Under the pieces are notes generated by a model. The model was not told the origin of the DNA and made no database searches. It saw nothing but the letters and a program-made list of their open reading frames with translations. The translations under genes and the position numbers were made by a program. From an uncultured Verrucomicrobia subdivision 3 bacterium (lineage in GTDB: Bacteria; Verrucomicrobiota; Verrucomicrobiia; Limisphaerales; UBA11358), in assembly GCA_903944085.1 (NCBI GenBank), contig CAJAQO010000286.1, positions 11,009 through 75,008 of the forward strand: a DNA stretch of 64,000 nucleotides. Direction: 5' to 3'. Shown in pieces: positions 8,532-16,760 of the stretch (position 1 is the first letter of the stretch; each line of letters begins with the position of its first letter).

Positions 8532-10166
8532 ATGCTCCGGCGCATGAAATCCATTCTTTGCCTGTCGCTGGCCGTGTTGTCGCTAGTTGCGCTGGAGCGC
8601 AATGCACTTGGCGCGGAAACCAATCATAATTTTGCGGTTTGGGAAAAGGAAATTTCCGCCTACGAAAAAATGGACGCCACCAATCCGCCGGCGAAAGGCG
8701 GATTTGTGTTCACCGGCTCCTCGACCATCCGGTTTTGGAAAACGCTCGCGCAAGATTTCCCCGGCCAGCCGGTGCTGAATCGCGGGTTCGGCGGCTCGGA
8801 ACTTTGCGACGCGACCCATTTCGCGGACCGGATTATTTTTCCCTACGCGCCCACAAGAATTTTTCTGCGCGCGGGCGGCAACGACATTGCGAATGGCAAA
8901 TCGCCGGAGCAGGTCTTCGCGGATTTTCAGGAATTCGTCGCGCTCGTTCACGCGAAGCTGCCGACGACGGAAATCTATTTTATTTCGTGGAGCCCGAGCG
9001 GGCTGCGCTGGAAACAGCACGACAAGGAAAAGGCTCTGGACCTGATGGTCGCTGATTTTATCCGGGGCAAAGCTCACCTCCAATACATTGAAACCTACGA
9101 TCTGCCGCTCGGCACCGACGGCTTGCCGCGACCGGAATTGTTTGTCGCGGACAGGTTGCATTTCAGTCCCGCCGGTTATCAGTTGCTGGCCGCGCGCGTG
9201 CGGCCGTTTGTCACCAATTCTGTCGCCGCCGAAATAAAATCTGCCGGCTGGACCGCCGACAAACCGACGGCGCCGGCGGTGCTGCCCGGCAGCGGCCTCG
9301 CGCAACATGATTTCTTTTACGCCGGCGAAGCCAAGACGCGCGACATGTATGTCGTGCAGCATGGCCAAGTGGTTTGGGCTTACAACGATGCCACCAACCG
9401 GGGCGAAATCAGCGATGCCGTCCGGCTGTCGAACGGAAATATTTTGTTCGCGCACCAGTTCGGCGTGACGCTCATTTCTCCGGACAAACAAGTGCTCTGG
9501 AATTATGACGCGTCGCCCCAATGCGAAACGCACACCGCGCAGCCCATTGGCACCAATCACGTCATCTTCATTCAGAACGGCCCGGCGCCGAAATTGTTTG
9601 TGGCCAATCTTGCTTCCGGCCAGATGGAAAAAGAAATTTCCCTGCCGGTCAGAAACCCCAACAGCACGCACGGACAATTCCGTCACGCGCGCCTGACTGA
9701 TGCCGGCACTTATCTCGTCGCGCACATGGATTTGGGCAAAGTGGTGGAATACGATGAGACGGGCGCGGCGGTCTGGTCCGTGGACGCACCCGGCGTGTGG
9801 TCGGCGGTGCGCCTGCCCAACGGCAACACACTTATTTGTGGCAAGACGGTGCGTGAGATTAAAACGTCCGGCGAGACCGTTTGGGAATTTACATCCGCCG
9901 ATGTGCCGGATTACAAATTCAATTCGATGCAGCTTGCGTCGCGCCTGCCCAATGGCGACACATTGATCAACAACTGGGTCAACCAGTGGAATGGCAACGT
10001 GGATTTGGCCACCGCGCCGGTGCAGGCGCTGGAAATTTCACCGGACAAAAAAATCGTATGGGCTTTGCGCGCTTGGACAAATCCCAATTTGGGACCGGCC
10101 ACAACCATTCAATTGCTCGACGAACCCGCCGCGCCGGAGAATGTGCATTTTGGCCGGTTCAAGTAA
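8532..10166 (+). CDS. secreted SGNH/GDSL hydrolase fused to a beta-propeller-like C-terminal domain
   Basis: Signal peptide, then SGNH blocks FVFTGSSTI, GFGGSE, GGNDI and DRLHFS. The C-terminal roughly 300 aa has repeated G..VW / NG..L strands, which I infer to be propeller-like. Confidence 0.65.
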   Translation: MLRRMKSILCLSLAVLSLVALERNALGAETNHNFAVWEKEISAYEKMDATNPPAKGGFVFTGSSTIRFWKTLAQDFPGQPVLNRGFGGSELCDATHFADRIIFPYAPTRIFLRAGGNDIANGKSPEQVFADFQEFVALVHAKLPTTEIYFISWSPSGLRWKQHDKEKALDLMVADFIRGKAHLQYIETYDLPLGTDGLPRPELFVADRLHFSPAGYQLLAARVRPFVTNSVAAEIKSAGWTADKPTAPAVLPGSGLAQHDFFYAGEAKTRDMYVVQHGQVVWAYNDATNRGEISDAVRLSNGNILFAHQFGVTLISPDKQVLWNYDASPQCETHTAQPIGTNHVIFIQNGPAPKLFVANLASGQMEKEISLPVRNPNSTHGQFRHARLTDAGTYLVAHMDLGKVVEYDETGAAVWSVDAPGVWSAVRLPNGNTLICGKTVREIKTSGETVWEFTSADVPDYKFNSMQLASRLPNGDTLINNWVNQWNGNVDLATAPVQALEISPDKKIVWALRAWTNPNLGPATTIQLLDEPAAPENVHFGRFK

Positions 10167-10200
10167 GCTTGAAGCCAGCCTTTCGGCTTTACCAGAAACC

Positions 10201-10593
10201 TTAGCTTTTTTTCTTATACATTTGTTCAGGCGTGAGCAGTTGCGCCTCGGTGGTCTTGAACGTCTCGCCATTGCCCTCGACCGAGCGGAAGAAACAGGAA
10301 TTATAGCCCTCGTGGCACGCCGGGCCTTTTTGCTCGACCTGAATCAAGAGCGTATCGCCGTCGCAATCGAAGGCGATGTCTTTTACGGTTTGTGTGTTGC
10401 CGCTTTCTTCGCCTTTCATCCAGTATTTTTGGCGCGAACGGCTCCAGAAATGCGTCTTGCCCGTTTTGATGGTGTCTTCCAGCGAGGCGCGGTTCATCCA
10501 CGCCATCATCACCACGCGGCCGGTTTTCTGTTCCTGAATGATCGCGGGAATCAATCCGTTGGCGTCAAATTTTAATTTGTCGTAGAAGCTCAT
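10201..10593 (-). CDS. hisI: phosphoribosyl-AMP cyclohydrolase
   Basis: [56 protein letters not shown] ... [27 protein letters not shown]. Confidence 0.9.
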   Translation of the reverse strand: MSFYDKLKFDANGLIPAIIQEQKTGRVVMMAWMNRASLEDTIKTGKTHFWSRSRQKYWMKGEESGNTQTVKDIAFDCDGDTLLIQVEQKGPACHEGYNSCFFRSVEGNGETFKTTEAQLLTPEQMYKKKS

Positions 10594-10600
10594 GGGAAGA

Positions 10601-10668
10601 ATTTACGATATGCGATTTGCGATTTACGAGCCTTAAATCAGCCGGCGCGTAAATCGTAAATCGAAAAT
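10601..10668. repeat. cargo-less inverted heptamer arrays (ATTTRCG)x4 / (CGTAAAT)x3
   Basis: Left arm: atttacg atatgcg atttgcg atttacg (10601-10628). A 19-nt spacer follows. Right arm: cgtaaat cgtaaat cgaaaat (10648-10668). This fills most of the gap between the TPR-gene stop and the hisI start. Confidence 0.85.
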
Positions 10669-10677
10669 GGTAATCCA

Positions 10678-11769
10678 CTACGGTTTTTGTTCGCGCAACG
10701 GCGGCGGCGCGGCCAGCAAACGAATTGTCTTCGGCGTCGCCACCGGTGGATTGGCGGGCGCGGGCGCGGCATTGGTCGCGGCAGGCAGCGGATTGGTGAC
10801 CACGCTCACACGGTTCGTCACAATCTCGGGAATGGAATTTGTGGGCGGATTTTTGTGGTCGTTCAGGCTGCGAATCAACCGGGTTTTCATGTCGGCAAAA
10901 GCGCGGTTGGTCACGGCGTCGAGCTGCGCCTGCGCTTCGTCGTAAAAGCCGGCGGAGATTTTCACGCGCGCTAGGTGAATGCGCACGCCTTCGCGCTCGT
11001 TGTCATCCTTGGCGATGTTAAATGCATTGGTCCACGCGGCCAGCGCGTCGTTCGTGCGCAGCGGGCGGATGCCGTAATAGCTTTCAGCATAATCCGTCGC
11101 GAGGACGAGATTTTCCGGCGCGAGTTTCATGGCCTGCTGATAAAGCCCCAGCGCCTTGTCGAACACCTGCTGCTCGTTGATGCCGTAAAATTGCTTGGCG
11201 TCGGTGCGATAAAGATAAACGGTCGTGGCGAAATTCTGGTAATAAGTCGGCTCGGTCGGGTCCAGGCGGATGGCTTCGGTGTAATCCGCGAAGGCGTTTG
11301 TCAGCCCGCCATGTTCGCCGAAATAATTGGCCAGCTGATTCCACACGGCGGGATTTTTCGGATCGAGCTGCTTGGAATTTTCGTATTGCACCTTCGCGCC
11401 GTCCTCATCGCCGATGTCGTTCAAAAAGCTGCCGTAGGCGAGAAACCCGCGTGCGTGATCGGGATGATTGCGGAGAAAATTTTCGTAGCCGTGCTTCACC
11501 CCGTCAAACCGCGCGATGATTTTTTGGTTCAGCGCGGCTGTGCCGTTGGTGTCCGTGCGGGGAATCTGGTTGGTGCTGATCCAAGCGTTCACTTCGTCCA
11601 GCGCGGCATCATCGGCGATCATCAGATTGCGCAACTCGCTTTCCACCGGATCGTTGGCAGCCACGATCGGCACCGAGACGCCGGTGTGCTCCTGCACCAG
11701 ATTGCTGACGGCTTGCGGCTGGTTGGTGGCCAGCAGCGCGCTCAAAAGTCCAATGGTCAAATCACTCAC
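10678..11769 (-). CDS. secreted TPR-repeat protein
   Basis: N-terminal hydrophobic signal, then repeated A..Y..A..L.P.N motifs (e.g. AFADYTEAIRLDPTEPTYYQNFA, ALGLYQQAMKLAPEN). Pro/Ala-rich C-terminal tail. Confidence 0.6.
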   Translation of the reverse strand: MSDLTIGLLSALLATNQPQAVSNLVQEHTGVSVPIVAANDPVESELRNLMIADDAALDEVNAWISTNQIPRTDTNGTAALNQKIIARFDGVKHGYENFLRNHPDHARGFLAYGSFLNDIGDEDGAKVQYENSKQLDPKNPAVWNQLANYFGEHGGLTNAFADYTEAIRLDPTEPTYYQNFATTVYLYRTDAKQFYGINEQQVFDKALGLYQQAMKLAPENLVLATDYAESYYGIRPLRTNDALAAWTNAFNIAKDDNEREGVRIHLARVKISAGFYDEAQAQLDAVTNRAFADMKTRLIRSLNDHKNPPTNSIPEIVTNRVSVVTNPLPAATNAAPAPANPPVATPKTIRLLAAPPPLREQKP

Positions 11770-11881
11770 GCGTTCAAGGTATCAATCCTGAAAACAAAAG
11801 ACAGAATTACCAGAATGGACATAATTTCCACCGGTGAGTTCAGCTTGAAAAAACGTTTTGAAATTTTGTCCCAGACTTTTT

Positions 11882-12325
11882 TCACTTCACCAGATCGTGC
11901 GGCGAAAAGCGGAAGACGAAATAAGTCGCGCGGTTGGTGCCGATGTTGCGCAGGCCGTGCATTTCGTTTGACGCCTCGAAAATAATTCCGCCGGCCTCAA
12001 CGATGTTTGTCTTGTCGCCCTGTAGTGCCGCCAGCGTGCCTTCCTTGATAACCATCAATTCCTCGTCCGCGTGCTGATGTGGCGGATGCGGCGATTCGCC
12101 GGGATTAAGTGTCGTGATATGGCACTCGAAATCCGCGAGCGCCGGCGTGGGCGCGTCAAACACCGTGCGCCGCGCGCCCTGTTTGGTTGGCACGACTTTG
12201 AGGTCGGCCCAGTTGAAGACGGCGGAATGCATCACCGGCTTGCCGCTGGATTCCGCCAGCGCGAGGCCCGCGACGGCGATGGACATGGAAACGGCCGCCA
12301 CACACAAATCTCGACGGGTAATCAT
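11882..12325 (-). CDS. secreted cupin-domain protein
   Basis: MITRRDLCVAAVSMSIAVAGLALA looks like a Tat-type signal. Cupin motifs are GESPHPPHQHADEEL and GGIIFEASNEMHGLRN. The ORF is open to 12490; ATG 12325 is preferred. Confidence 0.65.
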   Translation of the reverse strand: MITRRDLCVAAVSMSIAVAGLALAESSGKPVMHSAVFNWADLKVVPTKQGARRTVFDAPTPALADFECHITTLNPGESPHPPHQHADEELMVIKEGTLAALQGDKTNIVEAGGIIFEASNEMHGLRNIGTNRATYFVFRFSPHDLVK

Positions 12326-12568
12326 CCGCGCATTTCGGCGGGAAAGCGAAATGAAGTCAAGCGGACAATTGCCGAACCAGTCGCCGCCATTCGCAAGCCG
12401 CTGAAGCCTTTCTGCTCCAGTGCTGCCAAAACCACCCGAAAGAGTGGCTGGCAGTTTTGCCCGCGCCTCATAAACTAGCGCCACAACCAAGTCTGCAACC
12501 GCGATTTTTTAGGCTGGGAAATTCTGGCCGGAAACTGCCGAGTGGACTTTGAAATCAATTACAACACC

Positions 12569-13225
12569 ATGAAAAATAAAACTTGTTTGATCCGCTGGTC
12601 GTTTGTCCCGCTGATGTTTGCGTCTGCCGCGATTTTGCTGGCCGGCTGCCAATCCTCAAAAACCAGTTGCTGTCAGAAACCGGAAACGGTGGCAGCGCCC
12701 GCAGCGGCGGCATCGGCAGTCGCGCCCGTGGTCACGCCGACTGCAACGCCGGCTTCGGCGGTTGCTGAATCAACTTTTCCCCTGCGCATCAAGGCCGGCC
12801 TCACCACGCCGCTCAAGGATGCGGATGGCAACACTTGGCTGCCGGAAACTGGCTTCGCGGATGGCGACACGATTGAGCGCGAAGACCTACAGATTGAAAA
12901 CACCAAGACGCCGGCGTTGTATCGCTCCGAGCATTACAGCATGAGCAAGTTTTCCGTGAATGTGCCCAACGGCAAATACACGGTGAAGCTGCATTTTTGC
13001 GAAACGTTTGACGGCATCGAAGGGCCGGGGCAGCGCGTGTTTTCCTTCAATGTCCTGGGCCATGAATTCAAGGATTTCGACGTGTGGGTCAAGGCGGGCG
13101 GCCCGCGCAAGGCTTATGTGGAAACCGTCACCGGGGATGTGACCGGCGGCAAACTGGAGATCAATTTCACCAGCAACATCGAGAATCCGCAGATCAACGC
13201 CATCGAAATCATTCCGGCGTCGTGA
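12569..13225 (+). CDS. malectin-domain lipoprotein
   Basis: Lipobox LLAGC after the signal peptide. C-terminal IKAG....KDADGNTW.PE ... LYRSEHY ... Y.VKLHFCETF ... GQRVFSFNV.G ... INAIEI matches the malectin (PF11721-type) pattern. Confidence 0.7.
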   Translation: MKNKTCLIRWSFVPLMFASAAILLAGCQSSKTSCCQKPETVAAPAAAASAVAPVVTPTATPASAVAESTFPLRIKAGLTTPLKDADGNTWLPETGFADGDTIEREDLQIENTKTPALYRSEHYSMSKFSVNVPNGKYTVKLHFCETFDGIEGPGQRVFSFNVLGHEFKDFDVWVKAGGPRKAYVETVTGDVTGGKLEINFTSNIENPQINAIEIIPAS

Positions 13226-13244
13226 TCTGAATTGTGCGGCAGAA

Positions 13245-13592
13245 CTATTTTTGTTTCGGACGTCGTTTGGGCTTGGCGGCTGCGATTTTTAGGGCGCGTT
13301 GCGCCCAAGCCGTGAGTTCGTGCGGCTGCTCCAGCACGTCCGGCGGCACCTCGTGATACGCCATCGTCATCGCCTTGTCGTTCATTTCGTAAGTGAACGG
13401 CCCCATGCCGCGCGCCGTGTAATCGGCTTGAGACGCCGCGTCAGTTTTGAAGAACAACCGGCCTTCGTCCAGAAGGCCGAAGAATTTTTCGCCGCTATAC
13501 AATCCATGCGCGCCGAACATCGCCTTGGCGCGCAAGTCCGGCACCGCGTGCAATTGGTCCAACACAAACGCGTTGAAAGAATCATCTGCCAT
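13245..13592 (-). CDS. TfoX N-terminal domain protein
   Basis: FVLDQLHAVPDLRAKAMFGAHGLYSGEKFFGLLDEGRLFFKTD ... YHEVPPDVLEQPHELTAWAQRAL follows the TfoX_N pattern. Confidence 0.65.
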   Translation of the reverse strand: MADDSFNAFVLDQLHAVPDLRAKAMFGAHGLYSGEKFFGLLDEGRLFFKTDAASQADYTARGMGPFTYEMNDKAMTMAYHEVPPDVLEQPHELTAWAQRALKIAAAKPKRRPKQK

Positions 13593-13775
13593 GCGGGCAG
13601 TTTAAACGCGCGGCCGTGTTCCGGCAACCGCGCGGCATCATTTTTGTCTCGACATTTCGACGGAAATGGCAATTCATTAAACCAATCAAGAAAGATGTGC
13701 GTTCAAAGTCCATGAAACATTAACCGACGATTGCGGGACGGATCGGTCGTCCAGCCATTCAACCATGACAAAATT

Positions 13776-14078
13776 ATGACCCTGACCAAACGCGACTTAG
13801 TTGTGCGCATCAGCGAGGAAACCGGGCTGATCCAAACCCAGGTTTTTGATGTCGTGCAAAAAACGCTGGACTACATTGCCGAGGCGCTGGCCAAGGGCGA
13901 CAAGGTGGAGTTGCGCAACTTCGGCGTGTTCGACGTGAAAATCCGCAAGGCGCGTGTCGGGCGCAACCCCAACAAGCCGGCGACCGACGTGCCGATCCCG
14001 GCGCGCGCGATGGTGAAATTCAAGGCCGGCAAGGAAATGCGCGCCGAAGTCCTGAAGCTCACGCCGGGCACCAAGTAA
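13776..14078 (+). CDS. HU/IHF family DNA-binding protein
   Basis: MTLTKRDLVVRISEETGL ... LAKGDKVELRNFGVFDVKIRKARVGRNPNKPATDVPIPARAMVKFKAGKEM. The ORF-track start at 13731 is an alternative-codon extension. Confidence 0.85.
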   Translation: MTLTKRDLVVRISEETGLIQTQVFDVVQKTLDYIAEALAKGDKVELRNFGVFDVKIRKARVGRNPNKPATDVPIPARAMVKFKAGKEMRAEVLKLTPGTK

Positions 14079-14087
14079 CCAAACGAC

Positions 14088-14168
14088 TTTATCCGCAGAT
14101 GACGCGGATTAACGCAGATTGTCCGAAGTGGTTTTAATCTGCGAACATTCGTGTCATCTGCGGATAAA
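14088..14168. repeat. 81-nt composite palindromic element (REP-like)
   Basis: The outer arms tttatccgcagatgacgcg (14088-14106) and cgtgtcatctgcggataaa (14150-14168) are 18/19 complementary. Inner cgcagatt / aatctgcg also pair. Sits between the HU/IHF gene stop and the hisS start. Confidence 0.7.
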
Positions 14169-14214
14169 TCTGATTCGTCTTCTCTTTTCACCGCCAATTT
14201 TTTAGACTAGCCGG

Positions 14215-15453
14215 ATGGAACGACTGCCTGGATTCCGCGATTTTTATCCCGAACCGCTCCCGCACCAAGACGTGTGGAGCGCCGACGCGCGCCAGTATAT
14301 TTTTGAAAAATGGCGGGCCATCGCCCGCCGCTACGGATTCCGCGAATACGACGGCCCGCCGCTGGAGCCGCTCGAACTCTTCACCACCAAGAGCGGCGCG
14401 GAGATCGTCGGCCAGCTCTACAATTTCATGGATAAAGGCGAACGCGCCGTCTCGCTGCGGCCGGAAATGACGCCGACGCTCGCGCGCATGGTCGCCGCGC
14501 ACGAACGCAATTACAAAAAGCCCATCAAGTGGTTCGCCATTCCGCAGCTCTTCCGCTACGAGCGCCAGCAGAAAGGCCGCCTGCGCGAACATTTTCAGTT
14601 CAACGCCGACCTCATCGGCGAGACCGATCCGGCGGCGGATGCGGAATTGATCGCGCTGCTCATTGACACGCTGCGCGCGTTCGGCCTGACCGCCGAGGAT
14701 TTTGTCATCCGCCTGAGCAGCCGCAATGCGTGGCACGATTTTTTCAAACACGGCGGCGGCGACACCGCGCACGAATACGATTTTTTCCAGGTAATTGACA
14801 AGCTGGAACGCAGCGCGCCGGAGGAGTCGGAAAAAAAACTTTCCGCGATGGGTTTTTCCGTGGCGCAGGTGAATGAGTTTATTACTTCGGGAAAACCGAC
14901 GGCGGAGTTGCAAAGCATCCTCGACAATCTGGCGGCGCGCGGGCTGAAGGATTTTGTAAAAATTGATTACCAGGTGATTCGCGGGCTGGCGTATTACACC
15001 GGCGTCGTGTTCGAGGCGTTTGACCGCAAGGGCGAGTTTCGCGCCATCGCGGGCGGCGGCCGCTACAACAATCTCGTGAAGCTCATCAGCGGCGGGAAGG
15101 TGGATTTGCCCGCGCTCGGCTTCGGCATGGGCGACGTGGTGCTGCTGGAAATTTTGAAAGCGCGCGGCCTGCTGCCGAAATTTGATTCGCCGATGGACGT
15201 GTATGTGCTAATCGAAGACGAGGCGCTGCGGCCCGATTCGCTGAAACTCATTCACGAATTGCGCGCCGCCGGCTACGCGGTGGAATATCCGCTCACGCCA
15301 ACGAAATCGGACAAGCAATTCAAGCGCGCGCAAGAATTGAAAGTGGCCCGCACCGCGCGTTTGGAGAACGATTCTTATGTTCGCATCCGCAATTTGAAAA
15401 CACGCGAGGAAATCGTCACCGGCATTGCCGGCGCGGCGAATCATCTCGGCTGA
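14215..15453 (+). CDS. hisS: histidine--tRNA ligase
   Basis: Class II aaRS HisRS blocks: PGFRDFYPE, LRPEMTP, RYERPQKGRLREHFQ-like (FRYERQQKGRLREHFQFN), GGGRYNNL and an anticodon-binding C-terminus. Confidence 0.92.
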   Translation: MERLPGFRDFYPEPLPHQDVWSADARQYIFEKWRAIARRYGFREYDGPPLEPLELFTTKSGAEIVGQLYNFMDKGERAVSLRPEMTPTLARMVAAHERNYKKPIKWFAIPQLFRYERQQKGRLREHFQFNADLIGETDPAADAELIALLIDTLRAFGLTAEDFVIRLSSRNAWHDFFKHGGGDTAHEYDFFQVIDKLERSAPEESEKKLSAMGFSVAQVNEFITSGKPTAELQSILDNLAARGLKDFVKIDYQVIRGLAYYTGVVFEAFDRKGEFRAIAGGGRYNNLVKLISGGKVDLPALGFGMGDVVLLEILKARGLLPKFDSPMDVYVLIEDEALRPDSLKLIHELRAAGYAVEYPLTPTKSDKQFKRAQELKVARTARLENDSYVRIRNLKTREEIVTGIAGAANHLG

Positions 15454-15475
15454 ATTTTTTTATAAATATAAAACT

Positions 15476-15507
15476 CCGGCGCTGACTTGTTCACCGCCGG
15501 TTTTTTT
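15476..15507 (+). terminator. intrinsic terminator after hisS
   Basis: Stem ccggcg (15476-15481), 13-nt loop, cgccgg (15495-15500), followed by ttttttt (15501-15507). Confidence 0.7.
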
Positions 15508-15732
15508 GCGCCGTTTTGCGGTGAATAACTCAATGGGTGCAACAGTCGGAAACCTTGATTTTACAAGTGAATCTGAATTATTCATCCGTTGCTCACCGCG
15601 CATTTTTGGTGGATAAGTTGTGCATATCAAATCGTAGGCAAAAACAGGAACTATGATATGATGTTTTCAGTTCATTGAAAGAACGAAGCGGGCAGTGGAA
15701 AGTAAAATTGACGCTGTTCGTTTCAAGATAAT

Positions 15733-16541
15733 CCCAGGCGACTGGGGAAAAGTCAGGTCAGGCTGGTTGATCTGGCTCCTCAAAAACCGGAGCGCAAGTT
15801 TCGGCGAGGCAGAATTCACCAGTTCCTCTGGCGGTGTTCGCACACCGTCACATGCGAATGAGGGACTTGGCGGCGAGGAACGATGAGAAGCCGTTCCAAA
15901 CCGAGTCAAGTATTTCAGGAAAGTTTCGATCCTGAATGAATCGCAGTCACCCAGAGGGTGAACGGTTGCTACTGTGTATCAGCACGGACGGATGACTCTG
16001 GCGGGTTCAAAAATAAAAAGTTGGGACCGCCAAAAGAAAGACGCTGAAAGGCGGGACAAAGGGAGCATTCGAACCGGGAAGACCACGACGGCCAGGCAAG
16101 CCGCGTGAAAAACTTCCGAGCGCCGGCGATGTTAAAAACGACACCGCTGGACTGTGAGATAAAATGCAACTTGAGAGAGCAGAGGCGAGACCCGTGGTTT
16201 TGGGCGAACGCACCGCCAAAAGCGGTGGCTGACCCGGAGCCAGTGGTCAAGACGCGAACAAAAAAATCGCAGGCGTGTCTTGACCTGGTTCGCAGGCCGG
16301 TGGCGCAACCACCAGCCGAAGCGAGCTGAAAAGCCTCACTCAAAATTCGCGCGGCGCAAGCCGCCGGACGGCCCTGCTACGAGGCCGACAACTCCGCTTG
16401 CCGTGGAGAATGGCGTCGGGAAACCAGCAGCCGCTGAAAAGCGTGCGCCAAATGCTGGCACGGGAAAGAGAGCTTGGCGAACTCCCATCCCCCATTTGTC
16501 CCGGTCTGACCGCAAGGTTGGACCGGGACTTATTGTTTTCA
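15733..16541 (+). ncRNA. candidate large structured RNA (family not recognised); boundaries approximate
   Basis: ORF-poor 1.3-kb gap between convergent hisS and acnA. On the + strand there are at least 11 local hairpins, five capped by GNRA or GNRA-like loops: GCGA 15738-41, GCAA 15794-97, CGCAA 16304-08, GCAA 16356-59, GCAA 16512-15. The last is a 14-bp stem followed by a T-rich tail (16499-16541). No covariation evidence is available. Confidence 0.3.
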
Positions 16542-16760
16542 GGTTGAAAGAATTCTAGTCAAGCCTGCTTTCGCTCATCGCACGAAGGTGATTTTCAAGC
16601 GGATCGGTTCGCCAATTGACTGGTAAAGCAGGGTTTTCGAAAAAATAGGATCGAGTCCCGCTTCAATCAAAAAACGTCTCTCATCAGCGCGCACCCGATT
16701 GCGATCAAAATACGTCGAATGAACAAAGACCAAAGGCGTTTTCCCTTGGCCTTTAATTAT

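Noticed and set aside
15508-16560. Assignment of the hisS-acnA gap to a known RNA (RNase P, tmRNA, 6S, SRP, group I/II intron)
   Set aside because: I looked for GAGGAAAGUCCGG (RNase P P4), a tmRNA tag ORF and tRNA-like 3' end, group II GUGYG 5' end and domain V, and the SRP GGAA/AGCA motifs. None is present. It is kept only as an unclassified candidate.
16575-16760. A 60-codon open stretch in frame with and directly after the acnA stop (…TPLVFVHSTYFDRNRVRADERRFLIEAGLDPIFSKTLLYQSIGEPIRLKITFVR*)
   Set aside because: There is no start codon and no recognisable family. It also overlaps the putative acnA terminator hairpin. It could be a gene relic or chance, with not enough evidence to call.
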